Origin: Roseibacillus sp.
GTDB taxonomy: Bacteria; Verrucomicrobiota; Verrucomicrobiia; Verrucomicrobiales; Akkermansiaceae
Direction: 5' to 3'
Length of the DNA stretch: 64,000 nt
NCBI GenBank assembly: GCA_965242925.1
Contig: CBDEUM010000014.1
Location: forward strand, 1-64,000
Part shown: positions 1-11,900 of the stretch, one piece after another
How positions within the stretch are numbered: the first letter of the stretch is position 1
How the letters are laid out: the number at the start of each line of letters is the position of its first letter
Position numbers and translations under genes: made by a program
Notes under the pieces: generated by a model
Told to the model about the DNA's origin: nothing
Database searches by the model: none
The model's input: only the letters and a program-made list of their open reading frames with translations

Positions 1-1893
1 ACGGTGCGCCCGGATCTGGCAGCGGGAATGTTAATCGAAATGGATTTCAGCCTGGGGGTCGCTTACCTGCGTCTCGGTGAGACGCAGAACTGCTGTCTGC
101 GCAATACCCCCGACAGCTGCATCCTTCCGATTCGCGGGAGCGGGATTCACACCGACAAGAAGGGGTCGTCGAAGGCGGCCAAGCACTTCGAACGGGTGGT
201 GCGCGCGACCCGGCCTGCCATGCCGTTTCACCAACGCGCACTCTGGTTGCTCAATATCGCTCACATGACGCTGGGGACCTTTCCCGAGGGGATCCCACAA
301 GAGTTTCGCCTTCCCCCGGAATCGTTCCAGTCGGAGGAGATCTTTCCACGGTTCCGCAACATCTCAAGCCGCCTCGGCCTGGACACTTTCGGTCTCTCCG
401 GTGGCGTGATCGCGGACGACTTCGACAACGACGGCGACCTCGATTTGCTGGTCTCGCGGTGGGATCCCTCCGGGCAGATCCGCTATTTCAGCAATGCGGG
501 CGACGGCACCTTCGTGGACCAGACCGAGGCGGCCGGGCTGATCGGGATCCTCGGCGGCCTCAACCTGGTGCAGGCAGATTACGACAACGACGACCGACTC
601 GATGCTCTGGTCCTGCGCGGCGCCTGGCTCGACGAGCAAGGGCATCACCCCAACTCGCTCTTGCGCAATGTGGGCGATGCCCAAGGAGTGAAGTTCTCCG
701 ATGTGACCTTCGAAGCCGGCTTGGGAGAAAAACACTCCCCCACCCAGACCGGCTCCTGGGCTGACTTCGACCGCGACGGCGACCTCGATCTCTATGTTGG
801 AAACGAATCGGGGCCGAAGCGAACCTCCCCGGTGCCGAGCGAACTCTTCCGTAACAACGGGGATGGCACCTTCACCGATGTGGCACCAGCCGCCGGAGTG
901 ACCAACGAGCGCTGGTCCAAGGCGGTGGTGTGGGGCGACTACGATGCCGATGGCTTTCCCGATCTCTATGTCTCGAATTTCGAGAGCGAGAACCGGCTCT
1001 ATCGCAACAACGGAGACGGCACCTTTCACGATGTGGCCGCGGCGCTGGGAGTGGTCGGCCCGCGTGAGAGCTTTCCGGCCTGGTTCTGGGACTACGACAA
1101 CGATGGGCACCTCGATCTCTACGTGAGCGCCTACGGCGCCGAGATCGCCGATCTCGCTGCCATACGCACGGGATTACCGATTAAAAAGGAGACCGCCAAG
1201 CTCTACCGCAACAACGGAAGCGGCGGCTTCGTGGACGTGAGCAGGGAGGCCAGGGTGACCGGTCCCAGCGCGCCCATGGGGGCCAACTTCGGCGACCTCG
1301 ATAACGACGGCTACCTCGATTTTTATCTGGGCACTGGATACACCGCGATCTTCCAGCTCATGCCCAATGTGATGTATCACAACCGCGGCGGTAAATACTT
1401 CGCCGATGTCACTATTCCCGGCGGATTCGGCCATTTGCAGAAGGGACACGCCATTGCCTTTGCCGATTTCGACAACGATGGCGATCAGGACGTCTTCGAG
1501 CAGATGGGGGGAGCCTACTCGGCCGATCAGTTTCACGACGCCCTCTACGAAAACCCCGGCTCCGACAACCAGTGGGTGTGTTTGAAACTGGTCGGGGTTC
1601 AATCAAACCGCTCCGCGATCGGTGCGCGAATCCGGATCGAGGTCGCCACCGATTCCGGCCTCCGATCAATCTACAAACACGTCAATAGCGGAGGCTCCTT
1701 CGGCGCCAACCCGTTGCGACAAACCATTGGCCTGGGCGATGCAAGATCGATCGTAAAAGTTGATATTCTCTGGCCACGTCAAAAGGGACAAGAGGTCGAG
1801 GGCGTGAAGATGGGAAGGGCCTGGAAGATTGTCGAGGGGCAGGAAAAGGCCATGCAATTGCCTTTCACCCGGATCACGCTGAGTGGCCTCTAA
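1..1893 (+). CDS. CRTAC1/ASPIC-UnbV family protein with FG-GAP/VCBS-type repeats (5' partial)
   Basis: Repeated DxDNDGDLDL Ca-binding blades; C-terminal ASPIC/UnbV-like segment (SNRSAIGARIRIEV...GGSFGANPLRQTIGLG); frame open from base 1. Confidence 0.85.
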   Translation, partial: TVRPDLAAGMLIEMDFSLGVAYLRLGETQNCCLRNTPDSCILPIRGSGIHTDKKGSSKAAKHFERVVRATRPAMPFHQRALWLLNIAHMTLGTFPEGIPQEFRLPPESFQSEEIFPRFRNISSRLGLDTFGLSGGVIADDFDNDGDLDLLVSRWDPSGQIRYFSNAGDGTFVDQTEAAGLIGILGGLNLVQADYDNDDRLDALVLRGAWLDEQGHHPNSLLRNVGDAQGVKFSDVTFEAGLGEKHSPTQTGSWADFDRDGDLDLYVGNESGPKRTSPVPSELFRNNGDGTFTDVAPAAGVTNERWSKAVVWGDYDADGFPDLYVSNFESENRLYRNNGDGTFHDVAAALGVVGPRESFPAWFWDYDNDGHLDLYVSAYGAEIADLAAIRTGLPIKKETAKLYRNNGSGGFVDVSREARVTGPSAPMGANFGDLDNDGYLDFYLGTGYTAIFQLMPNVMYHNRGGKYFADVTIPGGFGHLQKGHAIAFADFDNDGDQDVFEQMGGAYSADQFHDALYENPGSDNQWVCLKLVGVQSNRSAIGARIRIEVATDSGLRSIYKHVNSGGSFGANPLRQTIGLGDARSIVKVDILWPRQKGQEVEGVKMGRAWKIVEGQEKAMQLPFTRITLSGL

Positions 1894-1912
1894 CCGCTGG
1901 AGATCCACATGC

Positions 1913-1942
1913 TTGACGCCTGACAGCTCCCTCTCCTAGATT
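1913..1942 (+). promoter_or_regulatory. Candidate sigma70 promoter
   Basis: TTGACG-N18-TAGATT about 30 nt upstream of the ATG at 1972. Confidence 0.4.
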
Positions 1943-1971
1943 TGAAGTCCACTGAATAAAACCCTGAAAGC

Positions 1972-4900
1972 ATGATCTCCTTACCATCCTTCCGCGGATT
2001 TGGAGCGAGCCTGATCACCGCGCTTGTTCTCACCCTCACCCTTACGTCCAAAGCTGGGAGCCTCCTCGGCTACTACCCCTTCGAAGGAGACTACGATGAC
2101 TCCTCGGGGAGCGGCAACAACGCGGCACCTGGACAGAATCCTGGTGAGATCAGCTTCGTCAGCGGTTTTCGCGGTCAGGGAGCGGATATCAATGATCCCG
2201 CTGCCTCGGGTGGAGGCAACACAGGTGGAACCATCGATATTCCCATCAATATCGATCCCGGGGCACTGCCCAGTGTCAGCTTTGGTGGTTGGGTCAATGT
2301 GGAAACCAACAACGGCTTTCCAGGGTTCATGGCGACCGACAACGGGGGATGGGATCGCGGGATCAGTCTCAACAACAATCAGTGGTCGATCGAAAGCGGC
2401 GGGAACGTCAACTCCGGCATCGTCCCGGTGCTGGGGGAGTGGGAATACGTGGTGGGAACCTTTGACGGGGCAACCGCAACCCTCTACCATGGAACCGCCG
2501 ACGCGGGCAGCCTCACAACCTCCACCACGACGCACGCCGACAACCAGACCACACCGGGGTTGGGGTTCATTGAGATCGGTCGCTATGACAACCAGGACTT
2601 CGACGGACAGGTCGACGACATCTTCGTCTTCGACTGCGCTCTAAGTGCCGCCAAGGTGAACGCCATCCGCAACCTGCGCCTCCACCCCATCGACTACTCT
2701 CCGGCGAACGCTGCTGCCTTGTTTGATCTGTTCGAAACCGGGACCTCAGGCGCCATAACTGGAGTCGATTGGGCTCCTGCCGCCGGATTGGCGGGTGACC
2801 CGGGTGCGGTGATCTCGGTGGGAGTCGATCAACTCCAAGTGATCCTCGATGACGCCGGGAATGGAATGGTGGGAACGATAGGAATCCCCCTCGATGCAGA
2901 CAACGACACTCTCCTCGATACCTGGGAGCAGGCAAGGGCAGGCAACCTGACCGACCTGGACGGAACAGCCTGGGACGGCAATGGAGCGACCCCCGGACCC
3001 GGCGCGGGAACAGGTGACTTTGATGGCGATGGCCGCAGCGACAGCCAGGAGTTCGACGATGGAACCGATCCCACCAATGACGACAGTGATGATGACGGCT
3101 CCAGTGACGGCGATGAAGCCACCCTTGGAACCGACCCCCGCGATTCCGACAGCGACGACGACGGCTTGCTTGACGGGGTGGAGACCAACACAGGGACCTT
3201 TGTCGATGCCAACGACACCGGCACCGACCCACTCGATGGCGACAGCGATGATGACAATGCCGGCGACGGGCTTGAGGTGGACGAAAACACCGATCCGAAC
3301 GATGCTGGCAGCGCTCCGATCATCCCTGGTACTGTGCCAACCTGGAACTTCGGAAATAATGGTGATGGGACGAACCAGGGATGGACGGTGACAGCTGGCC
3401 ATTTCGCTAACGATGGCAACGGCATTGAACCCGCCCAGGCAAATGGCATCAGGGCTCACGATGCCGCTCACCCGGTTGCGGTCCTCACCTCCCCAACCGT
3501 CAATTTCAGCCTCCTCAATGTGAGTCCGGCTGGCAATGTGATCGATATTCTCTGGGAAGGTGGGCAGGGAAACCAGAACGGCTCCCCTGATCCTGCGGAC
3601 CTGGCGGCGGTGATGGATTATAACGGCGGCAACACGAACAACGTCGGTCAGAAAGGCCTCGGCTTCCGCAACCTGAACACCGGGGAATATGATTTTGTCA
3701 GTTACGACTCCACGGACGGTGGTGGAATCCAGACGGATTCATTCACCCAGGCTGATCTGGTCGCCAATGGCATCGATCCCAACTCCAGCTATGAATTGGA
3801 TTTCTTCACCACCGACGATGGTGGTTGGGGCTGGACTCGATTAAACGAGGTCAACCTCTCTGTCGGTGCGATCGGTCCCGGGGAGCCGCCGACAGACGAC
3901 GACAACGACACCCTCCGTGATCACTGGGAACAGGCCCAGGCAGGCAACCTGACCGACCTGGACGGAACGGCCTGGGACGGCAATGGCGTGACCCCCGGAC
4001 CCGGCGCTGGAACAGGTGACTTTGATGGTGATGGCCGCAGCGACAGCCAGGAGCAGGACGGTAGAACCGATCCCACCGATGAGGACAGCGATGATGACGA
4101 CCTCACCGATGGGGAGGAAGCTGACCTTGGGACCGATCCCCGCAATTCCGACAGTGACAGCGACGGTTTGACCGACGGCGAAGAGGTCAATACCCACATG
4201 ACGGATCCCAACAATGAAAACAGCGATGGAGACAACTTCAGCGACGGTGAAGAGGTCAACGCAGTTCCCCCCACCGACCCCAATGACCCCAACGACCCGC
4301 CGCCCCCGCCGAAAGACCTGCTCGCCTATTTCCCATTCGAGGGCGACTACAACGACGCAAGTGGGAATGGCAACGATGCGGCTCCCGGCCAGAATATCAC
4401 CGAAGTAAGCATCACTGCGGACGGATTCCGCGGGCAGGGTGCCGACATCAACGATCCCGATGCGAATGGTGGCGGTAACACCGGGGGCACGATCGACATC
4501 CCCATCAATGCCAATCCCGACGAGTTGCCGGAGGTGAGCTTTGGGGGATGGGTGAATCTCGAAACAAATAACGGCTTCCCGGGATTCATGGCCATCGACA
4601 ATGGCGGCTGGGATCGGGGTATGCACTTGAACACTAACAGCTGGGGCATTGCGAGCGGTGACAACACCCCGGGGGTGGCGCCTGCCACCGTGGGCGAATG
4701 GCAGTTCGTGGTCGGCACCTTCGACAAACCGAACGATCAGGCGGTCCTCTACGTGGGAGATGACGACCCGTTCAACCAAACCACGATTACCGGGGTGCGC
4801 CCGGATGCCGGGATCAACCCGGGTGAAGTGATGATCGAGATCGGGCGCTACGACAACCAGGATCTCGACGCAATCGTTGACGATATCTTCGTATTCGCTG

Positions 4901-5889
4901 GGGCCCTGAGCGACCACCAGGTCAACGCCATTCGAAACCTTGCCTTGAGCAGCGTGAACCTCTCGCCCCTCGGCGCCGCAGAACTGTTCGCCCTCTTCAC
5001 CTCCGGATCCAGCGGCACCGCCGGAGGCCTGAGCTGGCTCCAGGCCTCGGGACTCGATGCCACCAATCCCGGCGCGGTGGCAGACGGCGGCGGATCTGTC
5101 ACGGTCGTCCTCGACGATTTGGGTAACGGGATGAGATCCGGGGCCCCATTCCGCTTTGAGGTCAGGCGGGCGGCCAACGGCGGCCTCGATCTGGTCTGGG
5201 AAAGCAAGAACGGGAAGCTTTACCGGGTCCGAAGCGAAACTGATCCCGCATCCGCCTCGTCTGGCGACTGGCCCATCTTCGACGGCCATACCGACATCGC
5301 GGCCACCCCGGACGAAAACACGCTCAACATTCCGCTACCCGCCGAGCTCTCCAGGTTCTTCGTGATCGAGGAGTACAATCCCCCGCCCGTCACGGTCTTG
5401 TCGGATGACTTCGAAAACGGCCAGGGCGGATGGACGACCGGCGTTGATGACGCGACCGGAAACACGATCTGGGGGTTTGGATTACCCGCGGTGACGGGAC
5501 CCGTCGCTGCCAGTAGCGGAGTCAACTGCTTTGGAACCAACATCGATGACAACTACGAAATAAACGCCAACATCTGGCTACGCTCCCCGACCATCGAACT
5601 CCCGCCTGGCGCAGAGTCGGCAACCCTGAGGTACTCCGAGTTCAGGGACATCGAGGCCGCTTTCGATGCTGGACAGCTCGCAGTGCTCGACGCCGCTGAC
5701 GACTCGGTCCTGGCTGTCCTGCAGGCTGACATTGACGGAGATAATGGATGGGACTGGGCACAGGTAACCAGGCGCTTGCCGGCCGCGGTTCTCGACAGGG
5801 ACATCAAGATTGAATTCCGATTCCAATCTGATGATATCCAGAACTTCGCCGGCTGGTACATCGATGATGTGGAGCTGACCGTGCCCTAG
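1972..5889 (+). CDS. Secreted protein with two LamG-like jelly-roll domains, TSP3-like Ca-binding Asp-rich repeats and a C-terminal MAM/choice-of-anchor-J-like domain
   Basis: Signal peptide; LLGYYPFEG...VDDIFVF..AL module twice; many DSDDDGLxDGxE...GTDP repeats; ends GWYIDDVEL. Confidence 0.8.
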   Translation: MISLPSFRGFGASLITALVLTLTLTSKAGSLLGYYPFEGDYDDSSGSGNNAAPGQNPGEISFVSGFRGQGADINDPAASGGGNTGGTIDIPINIDPGALPSVSFGGWVNVETNNGFPGFMATDNGGWDRGISLNNNQWSIESGGNVNSGIVPVLGEWEYVVGTFDGATATLYHGTADAGSLTTSTTTHADNQTTPGLGFIEIGRYDNQDFDGQVDDIFVFDCALSAAKVNAIRNLRLHPIDYSPANAAALFDLFETGTSGAITGVDWAPAAGLAGDPGAVISVGVDQLQVILDDAGNGMVGTIGIPLDADNDTLLDTWEQARAGNLTDLDGTAWDGNGATPGPGAGTGDFDGDGRSDSQEFDDGTDPTNDDSDDDGSSDGDEATLGTDPRDSDSDDDGLLDGVETNTGTFVDANDTGTDPLDGDSDDDNAGDGLEVDENTDPNDAGSAPIIPGTVPTWNFGNNGDGTNQGWTVTAGHFANDGNGIEPAQANGIRAHDAAHPVAVLTSPTVNFSLLNVSPAGNVIDILWEGGQGNQNGSPDPADLAAVMDYNGGNTNNVGQKGLGFRNLNTGEYDFVSYDSTDGGGIQTDSFTQADLVANGIDPNSSYELDFFTTDDGGWGWTRLNEVNLSVGAIGPGEPPTDDDNDTLRDHWEQAQAGNLTDLDGTAWDGNGVTPGPGAGTGDFDGDGRSDSQEQDGRTDPTDEDSDDDDLTDGEEADLGTDPRNSDSDSDGLTDGEEVNTHMTDPNNENSDGDNFSDGEEVNAVPPTDPNDPNDPPPPPKDLLAYFPFEGDYNDASGNGNDAAPGQNITEVSITADGFRGQGADINDPDANGGGNTGGTIDIPINANPDELPEVSFGGWVNLETNNGFPGFMAIDNGGWDRGMHLNTNSWGIASGDNTPGVAPATVGEWQFVVGTFDKPNDQAVLYVGDDDPFNQTTITGVRPDAGINPGEVMIEIGRYDNQDLDAIVDDIFVFAGALSDHQVNAIRNLALSSVNLSPLGAAELFALFTSGSSGTAGGLSWLQASGLDATNPGAVADGGGSVTVVLDDLGNGMRSGAPFRFEVRRAANGGLDLVWESKNGKLYRVRSETDPASASSGDWPIFDGHTDIAATPDENTLNIPLPAELSRFFVIEEYNPPPVTVLSDDFENGQGGWTTGVDDATGNTIWGFGLPAVTGPVAASSGVNCFGTNIDDNYEINANIWLRSPTIELPPGAESATLRYSEFRDIEAAFDAGQLAVLDAADDSVLAVLQADIDGDNGWDWAQVTRRLPAAVLDRDIKIEFRFQSDDIQNFAGWYIDDVELTVP
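2899..4053 (+). repeat. Intragenic direct repeat of about 153 bp (2899-3051 and 3901-4053)
   Basis: Both copies encode DND.L.D.WEQA.AGNLTDLDGTAWDGNG.TPGPGAGTGDFDGDGRSDSQE with near-identical DNA. Confidence 0.9.
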
Positions 5890-5970
5890 CGGTTGAAAGG
5901 ACCATCTGATCCCCAATCCGCCGGAAAGGGGTCTTGCAGAGCCTTGCCCGCGCAGTGAGGATTGGGGCTC

Positions 5971-8900
5971 ATGATCCCCTGCCTCTCCCCCCAGCGGCGG
6001 CCACGATGGCTCCCTGTCCTTGCCGCCCTTGCTCTTCCTGGCGAGGTGGCGGGAGCCAGCTTACTCGGGTTCTACGAGTTCGAGGGAAACTATGAAGATT
6101 CGACCGGGAACGCCAACCATGGGGTTGTCTCTCAGAACGCCGGAGAGGTAAGCATCGTTAGCAGGGGTTTTCGCGGTCAAGGTGCTGACATCAACGATCC
6201 CGCCGCCTCGGGTGGAGGCAACAGCGGTGGGTCGATTGACCTTCCCTTCAACCTCAGTCCTGACGAGATGCCGGCGGTGACCTTCGGGGGCTGGGTCAAT
6301 GTCGAAACAAACAACGGTTTCCCGGGCTTCATGGCCATCGACAATGGCGGCTGGGATCGCGGGATCCACATGCAGGACAACTGGAGTGTCGCCAGCGGCG
6401 GCACCACCAACAACATCGCGCCGATCGCGATCGGTGAATGGCAGTATGTGGTGGCCACCTTCGACAGGCCGGCGAACGAGGCAACCCTCTACGTGGGAGA
6501 TGACAACTCTCTCACTCAGACGACCACCTCGGGCACGCGCGAGGATGGCGGCGCCACCCCGGGATTGGCCGTGCTCGAGATCGGCCGTTACGACAACCAG
6601 GATCTCGACGCGATCGTTGATGATATCTTCGTCTTCGAGGGAGCCCTCACCGATCATCAGGTCAATGCCATCCGGAACCTGCGCCTCAGCGCGCTCAACT
6701 ACTCGCCCGCCGACACCGCTAAGATCTTCGACGGATTTGAGGGAGACACCACCGCCCTCGTCAATGCCCTTACCTGGGGACCGGTCGGAGGACTCGATGC
6801 CTCGGTCCCTGGCCATCTCGTCGATCTGGGCGCAGGACAATTCACCCTCGTGCTCGCCGACGACGGTAGCGGCATGACGACCGTTACCGGTCTCTTCGAT
6901 CCGGCTTCCAACGACGGGGACGCGCTCGGGGACGCCTGGGAGACCTTCTACTTCGGCAATCTCTCCCGCGATGGCACCCTCGACTTTGACAGCGACGGGC
7001 GCTCCGACTTGGAGGAATGGTCGGATCAGACTGATCCCTCCGACAGCGACAGCGACAACGACGGATTGACTGACGGACAGGAGGCGACTGCCGGAACCGA
7101 TCCGCTCGATAACGACAGCGACGACGACGGCTGGAACGATTCGGAGGAATTCACGGCCGGAACCGATCCCAACAACCCGGGCAACAATCCCGGAAACATC
7201 CCGCCCCCACCGCCGCCCATTCCGGTCTTCACCCCCAGCGTCCCGGGAAACCTGCGAGACAGCGTAGTCGTCTTCAACGAGATCCATTACCAGCCTTCGG
7301 CCGACGATTCTTCGCTCGAATTCGTCGAGCTCTATAACCAGATGGCGATCGATATTGATCTCTCCAATTGGCGCATCGGTGGGATCGGCTATAACTTTCC
7401 CGAGGGAACGGTCCTGGGTGGCGGAGACTATCTCGTGGTGGCCAAGGATCCCGCCGCCCTGCAGGCGGCCACCGGTTACGCGGGCGCTTGCGGCCCGTAT
7501 TCCGGGTTTCTCTCAAACTCCGGGGAACCCCTGCGGATCTTCACTCAGCAAGTGGCCTTCCGTACCTCGCCAGGCGGAAGGAGCCCGGGCGAGGTCTCCG
7601 ACTCGCTCGAGGGGCGGCGCATCATGGACGAAATCGACTTCAGCGACCTCTACCCCTGGCCGGCGGGAGCGGACGGTTCCGGCGCGACCCTCGCCAAACT
7701 CGATCCCACCACAGGCAGCGCCCATCCAATCAACTGGGCGGCGAGCCGGGAGCAGAACGGCACGCCCGGTAGTGAGAATACCTTTGCGAACGTTCCTGCC
7801 CTCGCTTTCAACGAATCCTCCGCGACCACCGATCCCAATTTTCAAATCGAGCTCTATAACTACGGTACCATCCCGATTTTCCTCGGGGGAATGGTCGTCG
7901 CCTCCTCCGATCCTGCTAACGATGCCTATATCCTGCCGCCCGGCAACCTTGCCGCTGGAACCTATCTCACCATCGACGCCGCCACCCTCGGCTTCATACC
8001 AATCGACAACAACCGCCTCTTTCTTCACTCGGGGGGCAAGACGAGGCTCATCGATGCCGTGCGGGTGGACAACCGCCCCCTGGCTCGAAACCCGGAGGGC
8101 ACGGGGCGCTGGTTGCGCCCGGACGTGCCGACATTCGGTGATGCAAACAGCTTCGCCTTCACCGACGACATCGTCATCAACGAGATCTTCTATCACGCCT
8201 ACCCGCAGCGCGCGACCGGCGGCAAGCCGCCGTCGTTCGACGAAACGGTCGTGATCGACTTCGATGCGAGTTGGCGCTTCGAAGAAAACGCGGGATCAGT
8301 CGGACTCCCGGCCGGCTGGGAAGACGTCGCCCATCCCGCGTGGCCAAGCGGTCCGGGAATCCTCGCCCAGGAAACTTCTACTCTGGGTGAACCCATTCTC
8401 ACCGATCTCGATCTCGCCCCGCCCACCGTGACCTACTACTTCGAAACGGACTTTGTCTACACGGGAAACCCCCTCGACGAAATGGTGGTGGAACATTACG
8501 TCGACGACGGCGCGATATTCTATCTCAATGGCGTCGAGCTCCATCGTTTCAACATAGGCGACGGCCCGGTCACCCCGGGCACGACCGCCTCCCCCGGCGT
8601 CGCGGATGCCAGGCTGGAAAGTTTTTCGGAGGCCAATCCCAATCTGATCGTGGGAACAAACCGCATCTCGATCGAGGTGCATCAATCCACGACCGGGAGC
8701 ACTGATGTGGTCCTCGGCGCGCGGGTCACCCTTCGATCCCTCGCCCATTCCGCCAATCCCCCTCTGCCTTATGCCGAGCGCGACGAGGAATGGATCGAAC
8801 TTTACAACCGTGGGTCGGCTCCCGTCGATCTCACCGGTTGGAAACTGGACGGCGGAATCGGTTACGACTTTCCGATCAACACGTCCATTCCGCCCGGTGG

Positions 8901-11900
8901 CTACCTCGTGGTCGCGAAAGACGCGGTCTCGCTGGCGACCAAGCATCCGGGAATCGTGATCGTCGGCGATTTCTCCAACCGCCTCGGCAATGGGGCCGAC
9001 TTGATCGTTCTCGAGGACCCCGTTGGAAATCCCGGGGATGAAGTGATTTACCACGACTCCGGCCACTGGCACGGCGCAGCCGACGGAGGGGGCTCCAGCC
9101 TCGAGTTGCGCGATCCGAATGCCGACAACACGAATGCTCAGTCGTGGGCGCCCAGCGATGAATCCCTCCGCACCAGCTGGCAGACCTATACCTATGAGGG
9201 CGTGCCCGAAAGCGACGGCCAGGGGAACAATGTCTATCACGAATTCCTGCTCGGTCTCCTCGACAGCGGGGAGCTCTTACTCGACGACGTGAGCGTAATT
9301 GAAAATCCAGGTGGGGCGAACATCGAATTCATCCAGAATGGCAGCTTCGAGCGGGACGCCGTGGGAGCCAACCCGGACAAGTGGCGTTGCATCGGCACCC
9401 ACGGCAGCCACGGGCGAACTGTGGTGGTCAATGATCCCGATGACCCGGGCAACAAATGCCTGCACGTCGTGGCCACCGGCCCGACCGAGGACAAGCACAA
9501 CAAGATCGAGACTACCTACGCGAATGGCCAGCAGATTGACGTGAGGCGACCCTACCTTATCACCTTTCGGGCCAAATGGCTGAGCGGTTCAAACCAGGTC
9601 AACACCCGGCTCTACTTCAGCTACCTGCAGCGCACTCAGCTCCTCGAAGTGGCGGAGGTCTGGGGTACTCCCGGTGCCCCGAACACCACTCTGATCGCCA
9701 ATGCCGGTCCCGCCATCTCGGGCTTCCAGCACGACCCCGCCGTTCCCGAAACCGACGAGGGCGTCACCGTCTTTGCGAAAGCGGATGACCCCGATGGCGT
9801 CACCAGCCTGACCCTCTTTTACTCGATCGATGACCGCAGACTTCAATCGCAGGCGATGACCACCGATGGCAACGGCATCTACCGCGCCTCCCTGCGGCCC
9901 CAATCGGCTGGCCGGATCGTGCGCTTCTACGTGCGGGCCGAAGATGGCTCCGGCGCCGAGTCTTTCTACCCCCCAGATGCTGGCAAAGGAGGTGCCTTCT
10001 ACAAGGTCCAGGATGGCCGCGCCAATACTTCCGGCGTCCGACACAACATCCGAATCGTAATGGCAGAAAACGATCGTCAGTTCCTCATGACCAACACGAA
10101 CCGACTGAGCAATGCCCGCTTTCCGGTCACCGTGATCGAGGACGAGAGCATCGTCTACTACGATGTCGGCCTGCGTCTCAAGGGTAGCGCTTTTGGACGA
10201 TTCAACGGATCCCACTACGGCTTCAATCTGCAGTTCCAGCCCGACAATCGTTTTCGCGGCGTGCACGATTCGATTTCCATCGAGCGCAGCCCTCCCCTCA
10301 AGGAGATGTTCGCCAAGCACCTCCTCAATCGTGCCGGGGGCGCCTATACCTCGTTCTACGATGACGTCGCGCAAATCTTGAATCCCACCACCAGTGACCG
10401 TTCGGTTGGCCTTCTTTCCATGGCGCGGCACACCGAATCCTATTTCGACAGTCTCTTCCCCAATGCGCCCACCTCCGGCACTCTCTTCAACCTGGAATTG
10501 CTCTACAATCCCAACGGGACGGATGGCGGACCCGAGGGATTGAAGCGGGGCAATCCCTACAATCACACCAACGGTCGCTACGAACTCCGGGACCGGGGCG
10601 ACAACCAGGAACCCTACCGCTGGGGGTTCCAGATCCGCAACGCCCGCGGCCGCGACGACTACTCGAAAATAATTGCTCTTAACCAGGCGATCGGAAATCT
10701 CAGCGGCGCCGCCCTAAAAGCCGCGCTCGATCCACTCATCGACGTGGACCAGTGGATGCGAAGCTTTGCCATGATGTCCCTCAACGGAACCGACGACATT
10801 TACGGCCGCGTGTGGGAACATAACTTCCGCTTCTACTCCCGCCCCACCGATGAGAAGATCATGGTCTACCAGTGGGATCTCGATCGGAGTTTCCAGCTAA
10901 GTTCGAGCGCCTCCATTCCTCCGGGCGACAATGTCGGCAAGGTCTTCAGCATTCCCGAGTACCGCCGCATCTTCAACGGCCACCTGCTCGATCTCATCGA
11001 ATCCACATTCAACTCGACTTACCTGACACCCTGGGCGAGCCACCTTACGACCGCTACCGGCAACTCGCAGAACAGTCTGCCAGGTTACGTGACCAATCGC
11101 GCAAACTTTATCCTCTCTCAATTGCCGGACCGGATCCGACTCCGAATCACTACCAACGGCGGCGCCGATTTCTCCGAACCGGACAGTGTCGTGGACATTG
11201 CGGGCGACGGTTGGATCGACGTTTTCTCGATCGAGGTGAATGGCGCTCCCACCCCGGTCACCTGGACCGACGGCAACAGCTGGCGCATCACGGTTCCCCT
11301 CGCCGTCGGGGCAAACCCGCTCACCATCTCGGGCTACAACAATCGGGGCACGTTGGTTGGAAACGACTCCATCACGGTCACCAATACGAGCACCGTGGAC
11401 CTCGCCAATGCGAGCAACACCATCATCAGCGAGCTGCACTACCACCCCTCAAACCCGAGTGTGGCGGAACTCGATGCCGGCTTCACCGATCCCGACGCTT
11501 TCGAGTTCGTTGAGATCACAAATATTGGTGCCTCCCACATCGATTTCACCGGCGTCAGTTTCTCCGACGGCATCACCTTCGACTTTCCCACCAGCACCGT
11601 TCTCGGGCCAAACGCAAAGCTGATCGTGGTCGCCAACCGGGCCGCCTTCGAACTCCGCTACGGGGCCGCTCTCGCCACCATCGCGGGGGAGTACTCCGGA
11701 AGCTTCCGCAACAGCGGCGAACACGTCCGTCTGGAAGCCGCGGACGATTCGCCCATCGCCGATTTCAGCTATGGCGATAGCTCACCCTGGCCCGACAGTG
11801 CGGATGGTTCCGGCTACAGTCTCGTCTTTATCGGAGCGAGTCCCGCCGATCCGTTCAATTGGCGCTCGAGCACGGCCCCCGGAGGCAGCCCGGGATCCGG

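Noticed and set aside
3060..4300. Short GACGAC/GACAGC-rich repeats suggesting a CRISPR or VNTR
   Set aside because: They encode Asp-rich Ca-binding repeats; no constant repeat-spacer period and no cas genes
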